Shown: positions 1-12,719 of the stretch, in pieces
Layout: each line of letters opens with the position of its first letter
Position numbering within the stretch: the first letter of the stretch is position 1
Assembly (NCBI RefSeq): GCF_036321535.1
Contig: NC_087438.1
Coordinates: forward strand, 11,906,001 to 11,970,000
Origin: Camelus dromedarius
Taxonomy: Eukaryota
Direction of reading: 5' to 3'
DNA: 64,000 bases
Translations under genes and position numbers: made by a program
Notes under the pieces: generated by a model
Told to the model about the DNA's origin: nothing
What the model saw: only the letters and a program-made list of their open reading frames with translations
Databases searched by the model: none

Positions 1-792
1 ACACGTCTCTAGCAAACGAGGGCTGGTGAACACAGGGTAAGGACAGGCACCATCTCCCGGCATCCTCAAACACTCCTCAGAAAGACCACTGAGCTGCCCA
101 GAGCATCCCCTCCTCAGTGGGGCACCTGCCCCCCGAGGGAGGCCCGGAGGCACCGACTTCATGCCGGGGGCTGAGTGAGTGACGGGTCCTTGGCCGATTT
201 CTTACTGACCTGGGAGGTAAAAAACACCGCATTCTATAGATTATAAAAACCAAGCCACGTTTCCCCAGGCAGAAAGCTAGCCCAGTGGGTTAGACCCTCA
301 CGTTTGCCTTCATTCCCAGTGCACCCCGGCCTCCCCTAAACCACGTAAATGGAGAGTCTCTTCACAGACTGAACCGTGACACCATCCGCACATTTTACAC
401 GTTTTCTTCCTGCCCCGAGGGCAGCACTGGGAACTGACCGTGAGCGCACAGCACCGTCACCTCCGTGCGCCCACACTGAGGAACGAAGGCCCTTCGCAGC
501 AGGGCCCGGACGCGCTCTTTCGCGTTGCCTGCATTTACTGACAGTGCCCAGAGACGGTCATCACCTCGGGGGCCACGATGCACCCCAGTGAGGGACATCC
601 CACTTGGCTCCTCCAGAAGCTTCGAGTCCTCCATCCTGTCCTGACAGCCCGAAATCAGCTCCAGCCGAGACAACGCAGCAGCTCTCGGGAGCAGGGCAGG
701 CCCGTCCCAGCACACACAGCACTCATTCTGTCAGAACAGGACCTTTCTGCCCTGTTCAAAAATGACACGGGAGCGCCCAGGGGATTCTGCCC

Positions 793-798
793 TTTATT
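793..798 (-). terminator. Polyadenylation signal AATAAA of ZNF622 copy A (equivalent at 45554-45559 in copy B)
   Basis: tttatt on plus strand about 130 nt past the stop codon, present in both copies. Confidence 0.7.
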
Positions 799-927
799 AC
801 GGGGACGAGCAGATGAAGTACAGGGAGAACAGCAGCAAAGGGGCCCACCGTCTAACCCAGCTTCCGGGGTCCTCGGGCGGGGAGGCCGCGTGCGCAGGAG
901 GCAGACGAGGACTCGAGCCCCGGCGAC

Positions 928-1055
928 TCAGAACAGCACCTGCGGCCTGAAGTGCTTCTGCCTGATGGCGTTGTTCTGCATCCCCGTCTTCAGCATCCAC
1001 TTTGCCTTCATCCTCTGGACGTACTGCATGTCCCGCTGGCGCATGAGCGCTGCTC
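928..1055 (-). CDS. ZNF622: ZNF622 copy A, exon 6 coding part (128 nt, stop at 928-930)
   Basis: ccag|GA GCA GCG; AALMRQRDMQYVQRMKAKWMLKTGMQNNAIRQKHFRPQVLF*; phases of all six exons are compatible and sum to 1419 nt. Confidence 0.95.
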
Positions 1056-2174
1056 CTGGAGGTGGAAGGGAGGTAAGAAATGGGGCCAAGGTTTGTGACT
1101 TGTGGTCACAGAAAACCCAATTCTGCAGAGAATCAGAGCTAGTCTGCAGTAACTGGGTTCCTAGAGTTACAGAAGAGATATTATCTGGGGTCCCTATCCA
1201 GTGGGCCTTGGGGGGCTATGTGCACCTCAGAACTGCACCCCTGAGCTCTCTGTATACACTTCTCTGGGATGAGCCTCTTTAGTTGTCATCATATCAAAAA
1301 GTCTGTAAGAGCAAGATGAAGTCAGCGGGCTCACAGCTCACAGGGAGCCCTAGTGAAACCACGTGTATACAGACACAGCGGCAGCGACAGTGATTTCAGT
1401 GTCAGAGCTTCCCGGCCGTCAGCAGGCAGCTCCCCGCTCTCCCGCCACTGTCTTCAGTGGACTGACGTTCTCCTTGAAGATCAAGGAGAACCAGCTTCAC
1501 TCAGCAGACACATCAGAATAGATTTAAATAATTTCATACTGATGATGCTTCAAAGTTTAACAATTTCAGTGGCCTGCTCTACTCCTCTGACTCTAAGTTT
1601 TCCGTGGGAAAATTACAAAAGGACTGACGGCTTCAATCATGTGCATGTGCGGTGTCATTTGCGCTTTAGGACAGTCGGCCTGCACAGCCCTGCAAGGTAG
1701 GTCCCACTAGCATCACTACTCAGGAGGAAGCAGAGGAAACAAGAGACTTTGATTATTTACATCACTCGAACTCGTATAAGAACCTACAAGATATCAGGTA
1801 AGTCATGTTTGACTCCACAACCCAAACTATTGCCACAAAGATACTATTTAATTCCTCTGTATAACCTCCAGGAGAACTTCAACCTTTTCTGATTATTAGA
1901 CAATTATGTTCATAACAGTGACCTCCTGAAAGTCAGTGGTGCACACGCAGGTTTTAGAAAGTTGCTGTGCCATGAATAAGAAGTTGTTTCCGTCATGGAG
2001 CTGGGGGCTTATTGCCATAAACGCCTCAAGTGGTCACAGACGCCCCCAGAGCCAAGGTAAGCGTCCCCTGGGGAGGATCCTTAGGGACAAGGTCAGTAAC
2101 CACCCTTTCACCCAGGCCCGCTGAGGAACTGCAAGTCCCCGGGCTGCTCCGTGGCTGTCCCCGCGACGCCGCAC

Positions 2175-2318
2175 CTGTGCTCCCGGTCCAGCCCAAGGTT
2201 CTGTACTGCTGCAGGACCCGGCCCACCGCCTTCTGGTTCTTAGCAACGGCCACGGCTCTGGACAAGCCAAACCGCTGTTTGTAGTATCTCATCAGGGAGC
2301 GATGACCCACTCTGGCAC
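2175..2318 (-). CDS. ZNF622: ZNF622 copy A, exon 5 (144 nt)
   Basis: cag|GT GCC AGA; ARVGHRSLMRYYKQRFGLSRAVAV...GWTGST G|gtgcgg. Confidence 0.93.
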
Positions 2319-2784
2319 CTGTTTTTCAAAACAGCAACGTTGAAGCACCGAGCTGGCACTCTCTCAAGGCAGAGCTATGAAGCTAGGGCTTTCCCAGTCA
2401 GACTTTTCACATTTATCCAGCTGGAAAGTGCATGTGTCGGAAGAAACAGTGCTCTACCCACTGAGGAAAGATGAGGCCGCATGTTAAACAATGAAAGAAA
2501 AAAAACCAAAGAGCAGAGAGATTTAAGAAAAGGGACCACAGCAAGTCACTGTCAAGTGAAAAACTCAGCATCTGTACTGATTTATTTTATAAAAGAGCCT
2601 CCCCAGAAGTGCACAAGCCGCCCCTACTAACACCTGCAACCGGGCCCTAGGGGTAAGGAATCTCAACACCTTAATAGAAAAAAGATTAAGCACAGAGAAC
2701 GGCCCTGATGTTTAGGTCTACCAGCCACAGTCTGGGTCCAGAAGGGGAACCAATCCACTTTTCCTTGGCTTACAGTCTCCAGTG

Positions 2785-2969
2785 CAGTGGTTCTCAAACA
2801 GGGGCGATCTTATCCCCAGGGGACATGTGGCAATGACTGGAGGGAGGCTCCCGGCACCGAGTGGGCAGAGGCCAGGGACGTGGCTAAAATCATACCACGC
2901 ACAGGACAGCCTCCACAGCAAAGGGTTATCTGCCCGAAATGTCCACAGTGCTGAGGCCGAGAACCCCTG
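2785..2969 (+). mobile_element. MER20-like hAT DNA transposon (copy A intron 4)
   Basis: cagtggttctcaa...aatgtccacagtgctgaggccgagaacccctg termini. Confidence 0.75.
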
Positions 2970-5900
2970 CCCTACTGCTCCTAAATGAGGGAAGGCACCT
3001 AAGGAACCATATCTGGGAAAGATGGCTAAGCTTGATTCTCTCTACAGCTTTTACTTATTGACAAGGATCTGCTACAACCTTGCTGGTCATTCATGCTTTC
3101 AGAAGTGAGTTCTCTGGACTAACTGCTCTTTTACAGAAAACTGTGCTGACCCGTGGATCTTAGCCTCACAGCAGATGAAAGTGAAGGATGCAGGCTTCAG
3201 TGATGACTAACTCCAGGCTCCAGCAGAGGAGTGGCTCTCAAAAAGTGGTCCAGGGCCACTGGCATTAGCATCACCTGAGAGCTTACTAAACACAGGCTAT
3301 GCTTTCCCAAGAATGTGTATTAGGACATAAGCAATCAAACACACGCCCAGACAGACAGAAACACGTAGAAACTTACAACAGAACATACACCAGGTACGGA
3401 ACAGTTACTGCCACTGAAAATGAAGAAAGGAAATATGGCCAGGTAGAACCACGTGTACAGCTTCTATGGAAGTTGCACGCTTACATATATAGAATCATTT
3501 CTTTCATAGTCTTTTTGGTAGAAAGGCCATGACTAGCATACTGTAAGTATTGTAGATAGCTATACTTGCTTTTAGAATCTAGATTTTTTTTTTTATTGAA
3601 GTAGGATCTAGATTTTTAAGTTACGCGACAAAATGCTGTCAGGTTATCTCGTTTTAAGTCCCTATTCCTGGCAAGCCACCTGAGACACAGTCTGCTTGCT
3701 ACACAGATACGCAAAAGTAGTTCCTTTTAGTTGATTCTTTTGTGGTCAGACGCAAGACTTGACAAAAAGAAATTTTCAATTCAAAGATGATTGGCCTTTG
3801 GATACTGATATGGATGAAAAGATGTTTTCCAGGACCACACTGCCCTGACACCATAAGGGTCAACAAAGCTCCTAGATTACAAGAGGTAAGTGAGATTCCA
3901 CTGGTGGGTGAGGACTCACGTGTAAATGGCGGCTCCAGCAGCAAAGCCCAGAACTCCTGACTATGACTTCCTATTTCTAATGTAGGTCAGGATGCTCCAG
4001 GTTTACACTGATTGCCTCAGAATCATTCAGTGATATTGCTGGTCATTAGTCCTTAAATTGATTTATTTACATTCATAAGCAGCATTTAGAAATACACATT
4101 ATTGAAAGTTGGCTTTTAAAATATGCCTGAAAAGGTTTCATTAGTCAACACTACGGTTTCTGACACCTGGGAGGAGAAATGTACACATTCAGTGTTTACA
4201 GCTACTCCTGTCCTGTGGCAACGACAGTGAGCCCCCGACATTAAGCACCAAGTAGAACGTGCTAAGAACAGCTCACCTTGAAGCCCCTCATCAAGAAAAA
4301 CTCGTTCCAGAGCACAGTGTGCCTGTCAATGGATGACAGCTGGGTTATGTCTGAGCTGTGATGAAGCCATAACCTGTCCATCTGTCTTTCACTACAGTAA
4401 TAACTGCTTATAAGACTGTCCACTTCTACTTAACAAATAGCCTGACACTCGATGACATTAGACAGTGAGAAAGAAAACATCTCTAAATGTAATTCTCCTA
4501 AGAAGATTAATTATATATCTCTCACAGATCCAGCAACAGATTCTTCTGGCCGGTTAGCAACTAACTGGATGTATCTTCACACCAATTTGCTCTGCAGAAC
4601 TGAAGAGCAAAGGGAAGAACCCAGCTGGACCAGAGTCTTTGAAAGGAATGCTCACGGCGCCCTCTACCGGATGCTCTGTGTCACTGCCTCTGGGATCACA
4701 TATGGGACCTGAAGTTACTAGATTTAAGCAATCACAAATACCAGTTGCTTTTGAAAACCAGTTGAATGCCTACTCTACTAAATGTCATTGATTAAATATC
4801 ACTAAACTCTCCACATTAGAATCCTTCTCAAATTAGCTTCATGTTAACATCCACGCTAACCCACATAATTGAGCATAATCCAAGACGTTTCTGAATGGTG
4901 AATTTGTTCAGACACACCCAGGTGACTGAATACAGTGCTGTAATATCACTATATGTGTTTATATAGAGAGCTCCCATTTTCTTGGTTCGTTACAAAACCC
5001 TCAAACCAGTATCGAGACACAGGAGCAAACCAATGGACGATAAACCGTCATGTCTCAGAATCAAGACTGAGTTAAGGATGCCTGGTTTTTAAAAGCAGAT
5101 GGTAAAAGTGTATGTAACTGTTGTGAAGAAATTTCACAACATTGGTAGTTTCAAGCTATGCTTTTTTTGCTGTTTAAACGAATTCTATTATAAGGTCTCA
5201 GTAGTCGGTCATCTGTGAAGACGCAGGAAGGCAGTGAACGATTGATATATTTGCAGGTATCCTTCTTGGCTCTTAATCTTCTCCAGGTCACAGATGCTTT
5301 TCAGAAACTCTGGCCTTTCCCCAGAAAAAAAAAAATGCACTCACCCACACAGTCAGATGAATCCGTGTGGCCACACTGGTGACTTTACGGCACTATGGCC
5401 TTTCCCCCAGGAGAATATGCACACACTCAGAAAAAAATGTGCGCAGCATAGTTCTGAAGCCTGGGGTAAGGCAGTGTCAGGCTGTTGGTTACATCTTGCC
5501 AGAGTCTGTCTGTCTAAAAGTACAATATTCCCCAGTATTCTCACTACTTCCATGTCTCCCCCAAGCGCTGTCCTGAGGTCATCACCCACTAGCACGCCTT
5601 GGGACGTGGACCTGCGGCTGTGAGCAAGGCAATTCACTGGGCTTCCAGGTTAATGCCACGCCACTTTCTTCTTTGACTGTATGAGGAAAAGGCAGAGCGA
5701 TCTTCTGCCCGGGACGGCAGGCCAATATGATTCTCAGCCCCTGAGGGCACACTGTCACTCAGGGGGGCCCCTTCTGCCCTGCCTGTCCTGTCGTGTGGCA
5801 GCCCTGGGGAATCAACCTTGCTTTCCTTTGAAAAGTCGCCTCCAACCTTTCAGTCGCTCAGTTAACAGACATTTATGTGGCTCCTGTGTGTCTGAGACGC

Positions 5901-7863
5901 TGTGCTGAGATGAAAGAAGCCAGCTTTGTCCTCACAGTAACGGGGGAGACAGGCAAGCCAGCCGACAGCTTCAAAGAAGTGACAGCCAGGTCACGACAGA
6001 TGTGCAAGTGTCGCAGGAGCAGAGGAGACCACAAAGGCTGCCAGATGGGTAAGCCCGCCGTGAGCTTCAGAGGAGGAGGAGGGCAGAGGCAGCACACAAG
6101 CCAAGGCCCAGGGGAGGGAAACTGCACATGGGTGGCTGAGGGAGGAACACCAGACACCTGGGGGACCAGCAGCGGCAGAAGCGCTCCCCCTGGGAATCTC
6201 AGAAGGAAAAGAAAATAGACTGGTGTTTGTTTTCAGAAAGGCTGCTCTCGTGGTCAAGCGGAAACCAGACTGGAGATGGCCAGATGGGAGGCTTTCGTGG
6301 TGACACAGACAAATGGATAAGGGGAAAAAAAAAAGAAAAAAAATATTCAGAAGCCATTTAGGAATTCCAATTAGTCACCATCTGGCTGTGGGGGAGGGAG
6401 AGAGGGTCCTGAGAAGACACTCAGCTTGGGGCCTTGGCAAACCTAGAAAACTCAATCACTCTGGGAAAATGTGTGTTTTCTGGAGAGCTAACGGCCTTGA
6501 AGTTTCAGAAATTTTAAGTCTAGATGAAAATTTCTCTCCAATAGACTGTATTTCATAAATAGGACATGCTCATTGTTGAGCAGATTTTTGTAATCAAACA
6601 TGCAAAAGTGGCTGCGAAATGCAGCCCATGGTCATAGTGATCTTGCTGCCTGCCAGAGCTGCTTTACAGGGCAGGGTCCATCTCCTTCACTTTCTCAAGG
6701 TCTCCTGCGATCTTATTCTATAGTGAAGCTGATGAAACCCGGGACTAAACAGTCTTAAAAGAAATTATCAAACTTCTTTCTGAGGTTCTGCATTGCTAAA
6801 TTTCACCAGACGAAAACATGACTAAGTCCTCTGTGATATATTTAAGCTTGTTTAGCTACTGTGTATCATACAGGCTACAATATTCTGCTGCACTATACAG
6901 GGCCGTCTGTACCTAAGCTGGTATTCCATGTGGACAGCAGCACCTCAGGGTGACTTCTTCACGGCAGACGTCTCCACTGGCAGCATGGCTGCTCCTGCCC
7001 CCACCATTACTGCAAATCTCCCAGGCTTTGAAAGGAAGTGGGAAAAGGGCTTCACTGAGGAGGTCCATGACCTTGGGTAAATTACTCATCCTGTGTAAGC
7101 TTTAGCTGGTTCATATGTCAAATAAGGATAACAGAATTTAACTCAATGGCTTGTTTTAAACATAAAATAATACATCTACCTGAACACACTAATTGCTCAG
7201 TAAATACCAGGAATGATTAATATCTTATTGTCTTATCATCCAATTCCTTTTCCTTTCCAAATGTGTCTTCCATAGCTGCTCCTATTCCAATCAGCTAAGC
7301 ATAACACAGCAAACAGTAGTGCTTGCTTCTCAAAGTCATGGCCTTCCTCCTTCTTTTCATACCTGGGATAAAATCCCACCATTATGAATCCTGTTCCCCA
7401 AAGGAGAAGGCAGATTCAAACTCCAGCCTCCCTCTATACCCAGAACACAGACAGGAAACCTGGGTGCTGTCAATCAGATACACCCAGGCCAGACTACCAC
7501 GTGCAAGTCTGAGCAACACATCAAAACAGGAGTTGGTTCAAAGGATAAGAGGAAGGTCTAGTTTAACAAGAAAAACCTGGATAGGGCCAAGAAAACTTGA
7601 TAAGGAACAGAAAAGAAAAGTTTTATGCATTGAAAAGAAAAGAAATGACCGATCAAAGCATTGAGAGAGAACGGAAGTGAGAAGAATATGGATCCAATGT
7701 AAACAAAACAGGCTACACACAGCTAGTGGTGACCTTCAGGGTCGGCCTCATCCGGGAGACACCAGCACACACTGCGAGTCGTAGGTTCTCTCCCCAGTGT
7801 GGAAGGGAAGTGATGGGAACACGCCTCTCCAATCTCAGTGGTATTTAAGATAAACGCACTTAC

Positions 7864-7976
7864 CGGAAGGGAGACTCAGCTCCATGGTTTCAGCATCATA
7901 TTCCAAGGTCTTTCCTGAGGGCAAGTCCTCAGTCTCATCAGGGTCCTCCCCCTCCTTGTGATCTGGGTAGCTACTT
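7864..7976 (-). CDS. ZNF622: ZNF622 copy A, exon 4 (113 nt)
   Basis: ccag|A AGT AGC TAC; SSYPDHKEGEDPDETEDLPSGKTLEYDAETMELSLPS G|gtaag. Confidence 0.93.
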
Positions 7977-8169
7977 CTGGAGCAGTGGAATGGCATTAAT
8001 ACACAGAACAAGATCTCAAATTTAACTAAAATTTGGCAAACCTACTAGATTGCCAAAGGGGTTGAGGTGAGGGGGGTTAACAGTTTTGCAGGGACTGCAA
8101 TTGAAAACTTTTGGTGAGAAAATGACTTCTTAGCATTTACTCTGTAGTAAAATATGAAAGTTACCTATG

Positions 8170-9450
8170 AACGCAAAATGGATCACCGACTTAAATGTAA
8201 AATGCATAACTATAAAAACTCCTAGAAGATAACATAGGGCAAATTCTAGATGACTTAGGGTTTGGTGATGACTTTTTAGGTAACGCACCAAAAGCACAGT
8301 TCATGAAAGAAAGAATGGATAAGCTGAACTTCACTTAAATTAAAAACTTCTGCCTTGTGAAAACCAATGCCAAGAGAACTAAACTATAAGATGCAGACTT
8401 GGAGAAAATATTTGCAGAAGACACATCTGATAAAGGAGTATTATTCAAAATACAAAACTCTTAAAACTCAACAGTAAGAAAATAAACAATTCGATTAAAA
8501 ACCTTAACAGACCCCTCACTAAGATATACAGATGGCAAACAAGCCTGTAAAGAGGTGTTCCACAGCATGTGTCACCAGAAAGACGCAAATTAAAGCAGTG
8601 AGATATGACTACACATGTATCAGAATGGCCAAAGTCCAGAACACGGACAACACCAAATGCTGGTGAGGACGTGGAGCCACAGGGACTCTCATTCAGTGAC
8701 AGCGGGAATGCAAAAGGGTAAAGCCACTTGGAACAGTTTGGCAGTTTCTTGCAAAACTAAAGACAATCTCACCGTATAGACCCAGCAATCACGCTGCTTG
8801 ATGTTTACCCTAAGGAGTCAAGAACTTCTGTCATGGATGTTCACAGAGGATTTACCCAAATTCCTAAAACTTGGAAGCAACCAAGATGTCCTTCAACAGA
8901 TGAACTGATAAATAAATAAACTATGGTGCATCCAAACAAGGAAATATTTTTGGATTATTTCAAAAAGAAATGAGCTAGCAGGCCATGAAAACACACGGAG
9001 GAAACTTAAAAGCATATTGCTAAGTGAAGAAGCCAGGCTGAAGAAGCATCTACTGTATGACTCTAATCATACAACTTTCTGGAAACGGCAAAGATACGGA
9101 GGCATGAGATAGCACTGTCTGCCAGGGGTGGAGGAGCGTGATGATCCGGCAAAACACAGAGGACTTTCAGGTCTCTGAAACTACTCTGTGTGATATTCCA
9201 AAGGCAGATACATGTCATTATATGTGCATTTGTCCAGACTCATAGAACGGACCACACCGACAGTGAACTCTGAACTACGGACTTGGAGAGTTAATTGATG
9301 GGTCAATGCAGGTTCACCTATTGTGACAAATGTCACGCTGGTGCAGGATGTTGCTAATGAGGGAGGCTGTACATGTGTGGGTGAGGGGGAACTATGGGAA
9401 ATCCCTGTACCTTCTGCTCAGTTTTGCTGTGAACCTAACATTGTTCTGAA
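8170..9450 (+). mobile_element. Old L1M (L1MC-like) 3' fragment in intron 3 of ZNF622 copy A
   Basis: L1 ORF2 3' motifs (ctcctagaagataacatagg, ttggaagcaaccaagatgtccttc) and L1M 3' end. Confidence 0.85.
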
Positions 9451-10714
9451 AACCGGTGAGCAAATGAGCCACCACAGAATTCTTTCCCCTAAGGATTTAC
9501 TCTCTCTATGAGGGTCGGCAAACAGAGAGGAAGAGGAGAACGTAGAGGTGGAGATGCGGCTCTTGGAAGTTTAACCACTGGAACAACAAGTTCTAGAACA
9601 GCGACGTCCTGTAGAGCTTTCTGACACCACAAATTTCCAGTCTGTGTGCCCAATATGATACCACTCACATGTGCTTGTAGAAGGGCTACCTACAGGGCTG
9701 GAAATGAAGGTAGTGTGACTAAAGAGGTAAATTTTTACATTTTTAATTTAGCTAATTAACCAAAAGAGCAACATGAACTATATCTAGGAATTACCATATT
9801 GAACACTGTAGTTCTAGAAGAATCTCTGCATTTCTAGAACTGTTCACAAAGTCACATAGAAAAGAACTGGAGAAATGCACACTGAAGTGTGAACAGTGAT
9901 GCAGATAAGCCAACAGGAACAGATAAAAGCCTTGGACAGATACTTCACAAGAGACGTCCAAGTAGCCAGTTAATATATAAAAAGGTTCTCAACTACACTA
10001 GTGCACATCAGGGAAATGCAAATTAAAACCACAATGGATATACACTACACAGCCACCAAAGAGACTACAATGAAAAACTCTCCCTCACTACAAGTGAGAA
10101 ATGAGAAATCTGGAGGAAAAGGCAAAAGGACAATTTATAAGACTAGAACTTTTCTGAACACCCGTATCAGGTGGGCTCTGCACACCTGGCATGGTCATTA
10201 CACACACCGGCTTGCACAGCACCCCTGTGCTAGGTCATAGGCATCTGGACACTAGGAACCAGATGTTCCGCAGTGCCTAGCACGAATGTGTGGCATGATG
10301 TGGGACTTAGAAAGCCGCCACCCATCCAGACTCCCTTAGGAGACAGCTTGTGATTCAAGGACTCTCAGGGAAACCAAAATGTGAAACCTCATTTCCAGGC
10401 CTCTGTTCATGAGGTCACTGGCAAAGCTGAACTTCTGACCATTGAAACCACAAAAGTAAGTTTTCAAACCAGACAAACTTCAGTTTGGCCCTGACATCTT
10501 CTCTTTATCAGGTATGTGTGTTTAACTCTGTGACACTCAGTTTCGCATCTACAACATGGCAGGAAATAACCCCCTCCTATGCAAGTGTTCTCAGAGGTAC
10601 TAAGAATCCTGCACTGGACAGAGCCAGACAAAGGTCAGGCCTGGGCGTATCTACACCACTTCAGAGCGAACGTGATGAACTCACCGCCCCCCACGTTACA
10701 AATCACAGACTTAC

Positions 10715-10877
10715 CTAAAATCATAGAAGTCTGCAAATTCCAAAAGAGCGTCTCCATCTGTGAAGAGCTTACAGTGACTCCTGTCATTCATGTGAGCCTG
10801 CACAGCTTCCGTGGAGTAGAAGGATTTCCCTTTCTCGTTGCACCACAAGCAAATCTTCCCGACACCAACTTTCTCTC
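10715..10877 (-). CDS. ZNF622: ZNF622 copy A, exon 3 (163 nt)
   Basis: cag|GA GAG AAA; EKVGVGKICLWCNEKGKSFYSTEAVQAHMNDRSHCKLF...FADFYDF; AG|gtaag donor. Confidence 0.95.
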
Positions 10878-11107
10878 CTGGAAAAGTAAGTTGAGGAGAA
10901 AAAGATGAAAGCAGCTTTTTGCAGCCAGCTTACATCTCACCATGTATCTCCACAGTTCAAAAAATATGCATCAAGTTTTGGATTCTCACAAAATGAGCAG
11001 ATCATTCAATCCAAGATGGATGAGAAACACAAAACTCACGTTCTCTTAAGATCTGCCTCCCCAATACTGTGCTCATTCATTTAAAAAAGAAAAACTATTA
11101 CACTTAC

Positions 11108-11368
11108 CCAAATATTTAATCAGTCCCTTAAGATCTGAAAGATATTCTATGTCAGGAATAAAGAAGCTGTGGACTTTGGTCATATGAGCCACATTCTTCA
11201 TGAGGGAGCTTGAATGATGGGGACAAAATAAGCAGTCCGTCACGGGGATGGCGCCAACTGGGGCGCTCACTCCAGCCTCTTCCTCCTCTGCATCCTGCTC
11301 CTCCTCCTCGTCCATGGCTTCAGCATCCTCACACTCCACTTCCTCATCAGAATCAAGATCTTCCCAGT
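11108..11368 (-). CDS. ZNF622: ZNF622 copy A, exon 2 (261 nt)
   Basis: ag|AC TGG GAA acceptor; DWEDLDSDEE...DCLFCPHHSSSLMKNVAHMTKVHSFFIPDIEYL...KYLG|gtaag. Confidence 0.95.
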
Positions 11369-12104
11369 CTTCCAGCCAGAGATTTGAAAAACAGAGTTAG
11401 TTGAAGATCCCAGACTTAGTTATTAATTTACCACAGACCAGTCTGCACAGCTAAGAAATACCTCAGTCTTTCTCCAGTGCAGTTTAAACCCCTTGAAGGA
11501 GACGTGTGCTGCTTTCCTGTGCATATGTGAACACATGCAATCAGGGTTTTATGGGATGTGGGATGCAGTACAGGAAGAAAGGAAGAAACATAGCTCAGAA
11601 AATCAAGGTGGCTAGGTTGTCGGCTCCAGGCTCACATTTCAGGTTAACTAGCTGATTCTGAGCCTTTCAGTTCATTGTTTTTTCAGTTAAAGTCAGCGCA
11701 AAGCATTCATAACTAGAAATCCAATAGAAATAGAGCTTTTACAGCTGATGGTGTATGGGTAACCTGTCCTCCAATGCATACGTTAAAAGCCTCCTCCTTC
11801 AAATCAGAAAAGGCATCCATTCATTCTATAAATTACTTATTAAGCACCTATTGCCACCACTCCCCCAACCCAGTACCGTCCCCTGCCCCCCACCCACAGC
11901 CAAGGCAAAGTTTCAGTTTCTGAATCTACACCAGTTAAGTAAACAAACAAAATTCCCTGTGGGGATCCTGGACACACCCTGGCTACACCAGTCACTTCAG
12001 AAAGCATCGAAACCACCCTCACTCATCACCTTCCCTTAGCTGACACCTTCCCCCTCCAACCGGATGAAAAATCTAGAAAACCCGCCCCCCAGACAACCCC
12101 TCAC

Positions 12105-12714
12105 CATCTCCATCCAGGTCCTCTTCACTCTCCTCCTCCCTCTGCTGCTTCGCCAGCTTCTTCGCCTGCTGTTCAAACCACTGCAGCCGGGGAGGTTTCT
12201 CGGCAGGGGCTCGCTGCTGAGTCCCACGTCCTCCAGCAGCCACGGCCACGAGACTCGGGGACTCCGCCTCGGGCACAAGGGGCGCCTTCTTGGGTGACAT
12301 GGACGTCTGGGCCTTGATGGCCTGCTGGATGGCCGCGTTCACCGCATCCTTGTCCACACTGTCCACGCCCAGCCCTTTCTCCAAGTTCTTTTCATTCTTT
12401 ATCTCCACTTTCTGACTCGCCGCCTTCTTCTCCAGCTCCACATGCCGCCGGGACTTGAGATGGTTTTCGTAGGCCTTGAAGGAGGCAAACTTCTTACTGC
12501 AGACGATGCAGTAGGTGGCCGCTCCCTTGCTCTCCGGCTCCGCCAGGGCCCGCTGCGCCCGCACCCGCTCCTGGAAGCCCTCGGCGCTGACCGGGGCCAT
12601 GCCGGCCACTTTGCGCCTCAGGTTGTAGCGGTGCCAGTCCGTCTTGTAGTGGGCCCGCTGCGCCTCCGTGCCGTACAGCGCCACGCGGCAGGTGTTGCAG
12701 GTGTAGGTCGCCAT
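12105..12714 (-). CDS. ZNF622: ZNF622 copy A, coding exon 1 (610 nt; two C2H2 zinc fingers)
   Basis: ATG at 12714 gives MATYTCNTCRVAL...HYKTDWHRYNLRRKVA...CIVCSKKF...HLKSRRH; ends EDLDGD G|gtgag donor. Confidence 0.95.
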
Positions 12715-12719
12715 CGCCA

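Noticed and set aside
578..1282. 234-aa plus-strand ORF
   Set aside because: Antisense to ZNF622 exon 6 in GC-rich DNA; the paralogous region in copy B is interrupted by stops
928..12714. Copy A as a processed pseudogene or simple haplotype duplication artefact
   Set aside because: It keeps all introns and an intact frame, and its introns are far too divergent from copy B to be allelic
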